In this document: positions 56,412 through 64,000 of the stretch, one piece after another
Layout of the letters: the number at the start of each line of letters is the position of its first letter
Position numbering within the stretch: the first letter of the stretch is position 1
DNA from: Sandaracinaceae bacterium
Lineage (GTDB): Bacteria > Myxococcota_A > Polyangia > Polyangiales > Houyiibacteriaceae
Assembly: GCA_020633055.1 (NCBI GenBank)
Contig: JACKEJ010000004.1
Location: 641,914 to 705,913 of the forward strand
Reading direction: 5' to 3'
DNA length: 64,000 nucleotides
Program-made: the position numbers and the translations under genes
Notes under the pieces: model-generated
What the model was told of the DNA's origin: nothing
Databases searched by the model: none
Seen by the model: only the letters and a program-made list of their open reading frames with translations

Positions 56412-57443
56412 ATGTGTCTAGGAGGGAAGCCATGGTTCTCACTCATCGTGTGCGTGCTGGGGCTGGGCAGCGCACTCGTGGCCGCGTCGCTGGGTCTCGC
56501 CCAGCCCGCGTCGCCCGAGCCAGCTGCGCCGGCGCCCAGCCCCGCGCCCGCGATCGAAGGCGCGCCTGCGCCCATGCCGACGGCAGCCCCCACGGTCGCG
56601 CAGCTGCCCTCCGGGCCGCCCGCGCGCAGCACCGTCCGGCTCGTGAGCGCGGGGGCCGAGCCGCGCGCCGAGCTGCGCTACGCGGCGGCCATCGGTACGC
56701 GCGAGGCGGTGATGGTGACCACGCGCAGCAGCACGGACCTCGAGATGGGCTTCGGCGTGCAGGTCACGCGCCTGCCCGCGACGCGCGTCATCGTGGAGAT
56801 GGGGCCCGTGGGCGACGCGGGCGCCGGCCGCCTGATGGTCGCCTTCCACTTCACCGCGCTCGAGGTGGTGCCCACCGAGGGCGTCAGCCCCGACGTGGTG
56901 GCGCGCCTGCAGCGCGAGTTCAGCCCCATCGTGGGTCTCCAGGGCTATCAGCTCATCGACCGACAGGGGCTGGGCACGGCCGTGGACATCGTCATCCCGC
57001 CGGGGACGCCCACCGCGCTGGCCGAGCAGATCCAGGCGCTGCGCCGCAACCTGCACGACCTCTTCGCGCCGTTCCCGGCCGAGCCCGTGGGGCTGGGCGC
57101 CGTGTGGGAGGTCCGCACCCAGGTCGAGACCAACCACATCCTGGCCGAGCAGGTGACCACCTACACGCTCACCGCGCGCGCAGGCGAGGAGATCTCGCTG
57201 GGTGTGACGCTCACGCAGACGGCTCCGGGGCAAGACCTGCCGGCGCCGCAGCCCGGCGTGCGCGCGCGCCTCGACAGCCTGCAGGCCACCGGGACCGGGT
57301 CCATGGACCTGAAGCTCAGCCACCTCACGCCCACCACGCACTTGCTCACGCGCGCGCTCGTGCACTCGACCGTCGCCACGGGCGGCTTCGCGCAGCGGGT
57401 GCGCATGGGCATGGACCTGGACGTCTCGTTCGGGCTGCCCTGA
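56412..57443 (+). CDS. secreted protein, function unknown
   Basis: Signal peptide (WFSLIVCVLGLGSALVAASLGLAQP) followed by a Pro/Ala-rich linker and a ~280-aa globular domain. The alternative Arg-rich frames in this region were rejected. Confidence 0.5.
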   Translation: MCLGGKPWFSLIVCVLGLGSALVAASLGLAQPASPEPAAPAPSPAPAIEGAPAPMPTAAPTVAQLPSGPPARSTVRLVSAGAEPRAELRYAAAIGTREAVMVTTRSSTDLEMGFGVQVTRLPATRVIVEMGPVGDAGAGRLMVAFHFTALEVVPTEGVSPDVVARLQREFSPIVGLQGYQLIDRQGLGTAVDIVIPPGTPTALAEQIQALRRNLHDLFAPFPAEPVGLGAVWEVRTQVETNHILAEQVTTYTLTARAGEEISLGVTLTQTAPGQDLPAPQPGVRARLDSLQATGTGSMDLKLSHLTPTTHLLTRALVHSTVATGGFAQRVRMGMDLDVSFGLP

Positions 57444-57528
57444 TGAGGCGCGAGTCGATTCCCCGAAACGAGCCGCGCCGCGCGGCAAGCGCGATGGACT
57501 GCGCCCATGATGTGCTAGGCTCTGCTCA

Positions 57529-59172
57529 ATGCACTCACTGCTACTGCCCGAAGCGGGCAGCCCCGGCCAGGTGGAGCAGCGCGCGCTGCGTGTGGCAGCG
57601 CGACGGCTCCTCGCCGTGACCGGCACACCAGGTGTGGTCGCCGCCCAGAAGTGGTTCTCCGCCGCGCTACGCACCGACAGCTCCGGCGCGCTCGCCATCC
57701 TGGCCACCCCCGAGGTGCTGGAGGCGTTGCTCGGCGAAGCGGTGCCCGAGGCGGTGACTCTGCGACGCCCCGAACCGAGGCCTGGCGTCCGCCTCGATGC
57801 CCCTTGGCCGTCGCTCGCGGCGCACGTGCTACGAGTGGGCCCTGGCCCTGGCCTGGGGGTCGCGGCCAGCGGCTCGCCGGAAGATCTCACGGCCGCAGCC
57901 GTGATCGCGCGCGTCAGGCTGGTGCACGCGGCGACACCCCTCGCGGTGGCGCACGCACGATGCCGCATGGGAGAGAGCATGGACGTTGGTGCGGCCCTCG
58001 GCCACTGCACCGCGCTGGCGGTCGTCGCGCAGATCAAGGGAGAGGAGAGCGAGAGGGCAGCCGCGGCGTTCGCCGACCTCGCGCGCGGAGCCGAGCCAAC
58101 GCCCGCCGGAGAGGCTCACTGGCGGGCCATTCAGGCAGCGGTAGGCGTGGACAGACGCCGACGCCTGGTGTGCTTCGACCTGGACTTCGACGACTTCGTC
58201 TACTCGGAGGCGGTCGCGCGTTCGTTGGTGGCTCGCGCGGCGGCAGCCGGATGGGCGGTGGACTGGGTGCGTCCGCATCCAGCGGACGTGCGCCGCCTCG
58301 AGGCTGAGCTAGGCGAGATGCCTAGGGTGAGCTTCGAAGGAACGGAGTGGTGGCTGCGAGACGTCGCGGACGTGCGACCACTGGCGAAGCTGGTCGATGG
58401 CGCCGACGCGCTGTTCGCCAACGTCAACGCACCCGAGTTTGCGTGGCTCGCCAGCGTTGCGCCCGACGTGCCTTGGGTGATGTGGGCACGGCACCTCGCC
58501 ACTCAGCTCTGGGAACAGAATCACCCGCCGGTCCACGTCGCGCGCCTACATGCGTGGCTCATGTCGCTACCGTTCGAGTTCGGGATGGACCGCTACACAC
58601 CGCACGTCCATGCCCAGTTCTGGCCGATGGAGCTGGACAGGCTCGACCACGACCGCACCGCCATTTCTGGCAGGGTGTTCACGGGCGGGGACAGCGCACG
58701 GGACACCGACACGCTCTTCGCGGCGCTGGACGGTCTGCCGCTCGAACTCGTGATGGTGACGTCTCGGCCCGAGGAGCCGCGCCCGAACGTGGTCTTCCCT
58801 GGTCGCCTCTCGCTCATCGACTTTTGCCGGGCGATCGGAGAGTCCGAGATCGTCGTGCTCCCCTTGGTGGGAATGACGCGCTCCGTGGGGCTAACCGTGC
58901 TCGCGCTCGCGATGCTGATGGGGCGAGCCATCGTCTCCACAGAGACTCACTGCATCCGCCATCATGTCGTTCACGACAAAGAGGCGCTGTTGGTCCCCGA
59001 GGGCGACGTGACGGCCCTCCGCGCAGCGCTCCTCGACCTGCATGGTGACGCGGACAAGCGACACCGACTGGGCCGCGCCGCAAAAGCGCGCGCCTACCGA
59101 GACTTCGACGTGCGCGAGCTCGCCAATGCCATGTTCGCAACGCTCGAGAACGAACTGGCCGCCTCGAGCTGA
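57529..59172 (+). CDS. glycosyltransferase family 1 (GT4-like) protein with N-terminal extension
   Basis: C-terminal 'glycosyl transferases group 1' signature (VGLTVLALAMLMGRAIVSTET...EALLVPEGDV...L). Confidence 0.7.
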   Translation: MHSLLLPEAGSPGQVEQRALRVAARRLLAVTGTPGVVAAQKWFSAALRTDSSGALAILATPEVLEALLGEAVPEAVTLRRPEPRPGVRLDAPWPSLAAHVLRVGPGPGLGVAASGSPEDLTAAAVIARVRLVHAATPLAVAHARCRMGESMDVGAALGHCTALAVVAQIKGEESERAAAAFADLARGAEPTPAGEAHWRAIQAAVGVDRRRRLVCFDLDFDDFVYSEAVARSLVARAAAAGWAVDWVRPHPADVRRLEAELGEMPRVSFEGTEWWLRDVADVRPLAKLVDGADALFANVNAPEFAWLASVAPDVPWVMWARHLATQLWEQNHPPVHVARLHAWLMSLPFEFGMDRYTPHVHAQFWPMELDRLDHDRTAISGRVFTGGDSARDTDTLFAALDGLPLELVMVTSRPEEPRPNVVFPGRLSLIDFCRAIGESEIVVLPLVGMTRSVGLTVLALAMLMGRAIVSTETHCIRHHVVHDKEALLVPEGDVTALRAALLDLHGDADKRHRLGRAAKARAYRDFDVRELANAMFATLENELAASS

Positions 59173-59294
59173 AGTTCACGGTGCCCCGTCGGACGTTCCC
59201 CATACGATGGCGACGTTCTCACGCCGTACGGCCAAGCGAGGCGACCGACGCGAGCCGCTGACCGAGGGTGTGGCAGCGCTCAGGGAGCGCAGCG

Positions 59295-59864
59295 TCAGTA
59301 CGGGCGCCGCGAGCCGACGTTCCCGGCCGGGCGGTAGCGGCAGACCCAGATCTCGCCGAGGCCACCGGTGAAGCCGGCGATGCCATCGCAGGTGGCGACG
59401 CCGCAGCCGATGGTCATGCTCTCGCGCCAGACGATCTGCGTGTAGTGCCCGCACACCCCGGAGCAGGTGCCCGAGCCGTAGTCGTAGTCCTCCGCTTCCT
59501 CGGCCCAGCCCTCCACCACGTCGGTGCCCGTCTGCCAGCCTGGTGGCGCGTTGACCGAGAGGTTCTCGCCCGTGTTGGGCCCGCGGTTGCTGTCGTGCTG
59601 GAAGTTGCACCGCTCGGCGTAGGCCTGCGCCTCCGCGGCGAGCGTGTCGTCCCACGTGACGGGCTCGAGCGCCGGCGAGGGCGAGGGCGACGCGGTGACG
59701 CGGATGCGGTTGTGGTCGATGACCATGTTGGCGAGCCGCGTGTCGACGCCATCGACGACGTCACCGGGGATGACGCGGGGACCATCCGAGCCGCAGGCGG
59801 CGAGGCAGAGGAGTGCGAACGAGATCGAACCGCGTAGAGCGGCGCTGAGACGTGTCCAACGCAT
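59295..59864 (-). CDS. CAP/SCP/PR-1 domain lipoprotein
   Basis: Signal peptide and lipobox LAACGS. CAP motifs (HNRIR, GHYTQIVWRESMTIGCG, conserved Cys pairs). Confidence 0.8.
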   Translation of the reverse strand: MRWTRLSAALRGSISFALLCLAACGSDGPRVIPGDVVDGVDTRLANMVIDHNRIRVTASPSPSPALEPVTWDDTLAAEAQAYAERCNFQHDSNRGPNTGENLSVNAPPGWQTGTDVVEGWAEEAEDYDYGSGTCSGVCGHYTQIVWRESMTIGCGVATCDGIAGFTGGLGEIWVCRYRPAGNVGSRRPY

Positions 59865-60021
59865 GGACCGATCGTACCGTAGCGGCGCCGCGGAATCCCG
59901 GGCCGCGAGCGACTCCGGAAAGAACGATGCACAACCCGACCGGAACATTGCTGAGCTGACGGTCGAGTTGTGCAGCAGACATCCCGGTGACCCCAGTCCC
60001 AGCCCCTGGTACGCTCGCCGC

Positions 60022-60354
60022 GTGACCCGCCGCAGCCAACCGCACGATGCACCGCCGCACACGGGGGTTCGCGTGTCGACGCGAGACGTCGATGGCGTGG
60101 AGCTGGTGTTCCTCGACGTCCCTGCGCCGTCGCGACGAGGCGCCGTGCTGGACGCGCTGACCACCGCGGAGCGCGAGGTGGCGGAGTTGGTGCTCGACGG
60201 GTGCTCCAACGCCGAGGTCGCGGACCGGCGCGGCACGTCGGCGCGCACCGTCGCGAACCAACTGGCGCAGATCTACCGCACGCTGGAGGTGAGCAGCCGC
60301 GCGGAGCTGTGCGCGCTGCTCTCGGAGCGCTCGTCGTGGCCGGAGGACGCGTGA
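60022..60354 (+). CDS. LuxR/GerE-family HTH transcriptional regulator (small)
   Basis: C-terminal LTTAEREVAELVLDGCSNAEVADRRGTSARTVANQLAQIYRTLEVSSRAEL is a canonical GerE HTH. The N-terminal boundary is uncertain; the ORF opens at 59644. Confidence 0.6.
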   Translation: MTRRSQPHDAPPHTGVRVSTRDVDGVELVFLDVPAPSRRGAVLDALTTAEREVAELVLDGCSNAEVADRRGTSARTVANQLAQIYRTLEVSSRAELCALLSERSSWPEDA

Positions 60355-60394
60355 ACCTCGGCGATCCCTGGCTGCCTCGACGTGGAGGCCGCGC

Positions 60395-61372
60395 ATGGCG
60401 CGCCTAGCCCATCACGACGTCGCGGTGGCGGCCTGGGAGCTGAACAGCGACCGCGCGACGTGGCTGCGCGACCTGCTCGGGATCGCGTCTGCGGTCGCCG
60501 GCGTCCACGATGGCCTCGCCTGGTCGGCGGAGCTCCAGGACGGCCCGCCCAAGCTCGCCAACATCGAGGGGGCGCCCGGGCTCGCGGCTTGGCTCACCGT
60601 CGACCACGCCGGGCGCACGTCCGAAGACGCCATCCGCGGCGCGTACTTCGAGACCCCCATCGTGACGACGATGCGCAGCGCCTTCAGCGCCATCTGCGGC
60701 GAGGTGCCGGCCCCTATCCGCGACGAGTTGGCCAGCCGCGAGCTGCGGGACGTGCTGTTGGTGGCGCCCCGAGCGGGTGACGAGGTCGCGACGCTGGGTC
60801 TCCCTCTGTCGATCCACGGCCCGGCCGAGTGGGACGACCCCGCGCGCCTGGCCGAGCGCTGGGCCGGGGTGGCGCTCCACATGCGGCACGCCCTGCGCGT
60901 CCGACACGCCCTCGCGCGCTTGGACTCCATGGACGCCATGGACGCCATGGACAAGGGCGGCGCGGTGCTGGCCGACTTCGACGCGCGAGGGCGCGGCAGC
61001 TTCGCCGTCCCCGCCATGCGGAAGGAGCTGCGCGAGCGGGCAACCCAAGCCCAACGGACGCCCACCCGGACCGCGCTCTGGACTGACCTCGTGATCGGGC
61101 GCTGCTCCATCGTCGGGTACCGCACGCGCGCCGGGGCGATGCGCTTCATCGCGGTGGCGAACCCCGACGGCGCACGTGGGCTGCGCGCGCTGTCCGCCGT
61201 CGAGCGCCGCACCATCGAGCGGCTCGCGGCGGGCGACAGCCAGAAGGCGGTCGCGCTGGACCTCGGCATCCGGGAGACGTCGGTCTCCAACATCGCGCGT
61301 CGCGCACGCGCGAAGCTCGGCCTGGTGGACCCATCGCACCTGGCCGCCGTGTGGGCCGCGACGCGCCGCTGA
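60395..61372 (+). CDS. LuxR/GerE-family transcriptional regulator
   Basis: C-terminal LSAVERRTIERLAAGDSQKAVALDLGIRETSVSNIARRARAKLGL HTH. N-terminal ~250-aa domain of unknown type. Contains a DAMDAMDAMD tandem repeat. Confidence 0.75.
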   Translation: MARLAHHDVAVAAWELNSDRATWLRDLLGIASAVAGVHDGLAWSAELQDGPPKLANIEGAPGLAAWLTVDHAGRTSEDAIRGAYFETPIVTTMRSAFSAICGEVPAPIRDELASRELRDVLLVAPRAGDEVATLGLPLSIHGPAEWDDPARLAERWAGVALHMRHALRVRHALARLDSMDAMDAMDKGGAVLADFDARGRGSFAVPAMRKELRERATQAQRTPTRTALWTDLVIGRCSIVGYRTRAGAMRFIAVANPDGARGLRALSAVERRTIERLAAGDSQKAVALDLGIRETSVSNIARRARAKLGLVDPSHLAAVWAATRR

Positions 61373-61552
61373 CACGCCTCCACGACGCGCGTCGCCCTCA
61401 CTCGCGTCGCGCCGCCCCTCACGCCGAGCGTCGCGTCGCGCCCGTCAGGAGACAGGGCGCAACGAAGGCGGACGTCCGTGTCTGCGGACACACGCGCCGC
61501 GGGAAGAGAATTGACCATGGAGCCCAACGCGGGCGGTGCGCAGGGTGATGGC

Positions 61553-63376
61553 ATGCACGAACCTTCACAACGCACTCCCTCCGCCCACGGCGTCCTCCGC
61601 TCGTGCGCGACCTCTTACCTCTCACTCGCGCTGCTCGCGTCGCTCGCGCTGTCCCCGCTCGGGCTCGGCTGCGGGGGCAGCAGCGCAGGAGGTGACCCCG
61701 ACGCGAGCGTCGACATGGGCGGTGACATGGGCATCCCGAACCCCGACCAGGGCATGGCCTGCCCGACGGGGACGCAGGACGCGGACGGCAACGGCACCTG
61801 CGAGCCCGACTGCGCGAGCATCGCGTGCGAGCACGGCACCTGCACCGAGAGCGCCGCGACCGGCCTCGCCGTCTGCACGTGCGGCGCCGGCTTCACGGGC
61901 GACGCGTGCGACACGCTGGTGCGCCCCGCGGCCAGCGCCGCGGACTTTTGGATCGACGCGGCCGAGGCGAGCTCGCTCTCCTATCACTCCGGCCGCTTCG
62001 TGAGCGGGTGGACGGACCTCTCGTCGTCCGGGATCGAGGGCGCCAGCGCGGACCAGGCGAGCGCCCCCCAGCGCGTGGACGGCGCGCAGAACGAGCTGCC
62101 CGTCATCCGCTTCGACGGTGTCGACGACGCGATCGCGTTCCCGGGCGTCGCAGCGTTCAGCCAGGCCACCGCGTCGTACACGGCGTTCCTCGTGGTGAGG
62201 GCGTCACCCGACGTGAACGGACAGATCTTCTTCGGGGAGGGCGCGGCGTTCAGTGAGGTGGAGCTCACGGCCTCCGAGGGCGAGGCAGACCAGCTCACGT
62301 ACACCCACGCCCCCGCGGATGCGTTCATGGAGGTCGAGGTCGAGGCCGACGCGCGCCAGTACGGAGACGCGTCCGGTTGGACCAACGACGCCTTCCACCT
62401 CGTCACCATCCAGCGCACGCGCGAGAGCCTCGTCATCTGGATCGATGGCAACCACATGCTGGCCAAGTTCGACGTGTTCTCGGAGTTCGCGGAGCAGATC
62501 CTCACGGAGGCGCTGACCCTGACCTTCTCCCCGAGCGGGGACCCGATCGCGATGGACCTGGGCGAGATGATCGTCGTCTCGAGCGCGCTGCACTACGGTG
62601 AGCGCAAGCCCTTCGAGGACTACCTGGCGGCCAAGTGGTTCGGGGCGGCGTTCGCGCGGACGCCCAGCGCGTTCGGCGAGACCACGGTGTGGCTCGACGC
62701 GAGCGCAGGGGACGACGTGATCGTGGCTGGCGGCGGCGTGACGACGTGGGTGAACCACGGCATCGACGGCGGCGCGTTCGGCAACGGCGCGTTCGCGGAC
62801 GCCCGCCCAGCCTATGAGGCCACTGGCCTGAACGGGAGGGCCACGGTGCGCTTCGACGGTGGGGACGCGCTGGTGCAGAACGACGTGCGGGCCGAGGTCG
62901 GCGCCATCCGCGGCGAGTACACCATCATCGTCGTGGTCGACCCGCCCACGACGGGCAGCACGCAGATGATCTACCGAGCGATCAACGCGGCGGACGACGA
63001 CCCCGCGTTCCGCCTGGACATCCTCCCCACGGTGCCCAGTCTGCAGTACCAGCACGTGGACTGGAGCGACCCGCTGACGTTCGACACGTTCGCGCCCGCC
63101 ATCGACGTGTCGGCGCCGCACGTGGTGCTGGTCGAGCGCCGTGAGAGCGGCCAGTTCTCGATCCGGGTGGACGGAACGACGAGCTCGTTCGCGGGAACGG
63201 ACGCGCTCGACTACACGCAGTCGAACTTTCACTGGTCCTTGGGCGGCGAGGAGATCCAGGCGCCCGGCCCCGGGCTCGTGGGCGCGGTCTCGGAGTTCAT
63301 CGTGATGAACAACCGCCTGAACGCGGCCGAGGAGGAGGCGCTGATCGGGGCGCTCCGGGAGAAGTGGGGGCTCTGA
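61553..63376 (+). CDS. secreted lipoprotein with EGF-like Cys-rich module and two LamG/concanavalin-like domains
   Basis: Signal peptide with lipobox LGLGCGG. Cys-rich CPTG...CEPDCASIACEHGTCTE...CTCGAGFTGDAC, then two ~200-aa beta-sandwich-like repeats. Start may instead be the upstream ATG at 61478. Confidence 0.7.
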   Translation: MHEPSQRTPSAHGVLRSCATSYLSLALLASLALSPLGLGCGGSSAGGDPDASVDMGGDMGIPNPDQGMACPTGTQDADGNGTCEPDCASIACEHGTCTESAATGLAVCTCGAGFTGDACDTLVRPAASAADFWIDAAEASSLSYHSGRFVSGWTDLSSSGIEGASADQASAPQRVDGAQNELPVIRFDGVDDAIAFPGVAAFSQATASYTAFLVVRASPDVNGQIFFGEGAAFSEVELTASEGEADQLTYTHAPADAFMEVEVEADARQYGDASGWTNDAFHLVTIQRTRESLVIWIDGNHMLAKFDVFSEFAEQILTEALTLTFSPSGDPIAMDLGEMIVVSSALHYGERKPFEDYLAAKWFGAAFARTPSAFGETTVWLDASAGDDVIVAGGGVTTWVNHGIDGGAFGNGAFADARPAYEATGLNGRATVRFDGGDALVQNDVRAEVGAIRGEYTIIVVVDPPTTGSTQMIYRAINAADDDPAFRLDILPTVPSLQYQHVDWSDPLTFDTFAPAIDVSAPHVVLVERRESGQFSIRVDGTTSSFAGTDALDYTQSNFHWSLGGEEIQAPGPGLVGAVSEFIVMNNRLNAAEEEALIGALREKWGL

Positions 63377-63447
63377 GCGCACGCGGGTGAGGCGCACGCC
63401 GAGGGGACGTGCGTCTCGCCCGTGGACCCGGGCGCGCGCCGGCGGGA

Positions 63448-63975
63448 TCAACCGCGCGGCGCGCGCTCTCGTTTGGCTCCCAGGCGGCGCAGGTACTCCT
63501 CCGGCGCGATGCCCCCGGCCCACTCGGCGAAGGCCGCATATTGATCGGGTCCTTCGTACCCGACGGCACGCAGCACCTCCTGGCGACACGCCCCCCGTGC
63601 GGCCCCGTAGGGTGGGGCCGCACGGCACTCCACGATGCGCTGCCGACTGCGCTCGGCAGACAGGAGGCCCACTCCCGTGCCGAAGTCGCGCAAGCCCTCG
63701 CGTCCCGGCCCTCGAAGGAGCGGGCAGAGCCCAAAGGACACCTGCACGTCGCGGGTGCCGCGGACGATCGCGTGGGAGAGCGGGAAGTCCACCTCGTGCG
63801 CCTCGAGCGGACGGTGCCCGACGATGGGGAGCTCTCCGAAGAAGAGCTGGTTGTCCATCACGTACTCGGCCTCGAGCATCAGTGTCGCCGCGAGCGCGTC
63901 GAGCGCCGGTTCGTCGGTCGTATGCTCCTCGCCATACAGGCGCACCACGAGCGGCTTCGTCATCAAGCGACTCAT
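63448..63975 (-). CDS. hypothetical protein
   Basis: 175-aa ORF with balanced composition near the window end. No recognised motif. Confidence 0.4.
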   Translation of the reverse strand: MSRLMTKPLVVRLYGEEHTTDEPALDALAATLMLEAEYVMDNQLFFGELPIVGHRPLEAHEVDFPLSHAIVRGTRDVQVSFGLCPLLRGPGREGLRDFGTGVGLLSAERSRQRIVECRAAPPYGAARGACRQEVLRAVGYEGPDQYAAFAEWAGGIAPEEYLRRLGAKRERAPRG

Positions 63976-64000
63976 GACATGCTCGTCCGCGAGGACGCCC

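Overview
High-GC (~70%) chromosomal segment that looks myxobacterial (Myxococcota, Sorangiineae-like). The basis is many lipoproteins with L-x-x-C lipoboxes, MopE-type Cys/Asp-rich 'putative metal-binding' repeats, numerous GGDEF and response-regulator genes, and pilT. I annotate about 55 protein-coding genes on both strands. Because of the GC content, nearly every real gene is shadowed by long spurious ORFs in other frames and on the opposite strand; I chose between them using signal peptides, catalytic motifs, Shine-Dalgarno spacing and ATGA-type start/stop overlaps. I could not recognise any rRNA, tRNA, CRISPR array, IS element or integrase. Recognisable genes include an ECF sigma/anti-sigma pair, a VWA lipoprotein, diguanylate cyclases, an LLM-class flavin oxidoreductase, an SGNH hydrolase, a TetR-Rieske oxygenase pair, OsmC-pirin under a divergent LysR, dapF, two response regulators convergent with pilT, a soluble lytic transglycosylase, vapBC, a DUF2760-Hsp70-like pair, an ADP-ribosylglycohydrolase next to a SUKH-1/SMI1 protein, an ERG2/sigma-1-receptor-like protein, a family-1 glycosyltransferase, a CAP-domain lipoprotein, two tandem LuxR regulators and a LamG lipoprotein. 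The most interesting locus is a tight minus-strand operon at 25613..33918. It runs NfeD/YqiJ-like membrane protein, flotillin/YqiK-like SPFH protein, and then a 1678-aa protein (N-terminal globular region, ~600-aa coiled coil, C-terminal MoxR-like AAA+ ATPase), possibly followed by a 67-aa helical protein. I cannot place this giant ATPase in any characterised family, and its coupling to a flotillin-NfeD pair looks like an undescribed membrane-associated machine. Other points worth a second look are a perfect 13-bp inverted repeat overlapping the start of a DUF4143 AAA+ gene, a duplicated 3' gene end left as a relic, and a putative orphan immunity pair (ARH + SUKH-1).
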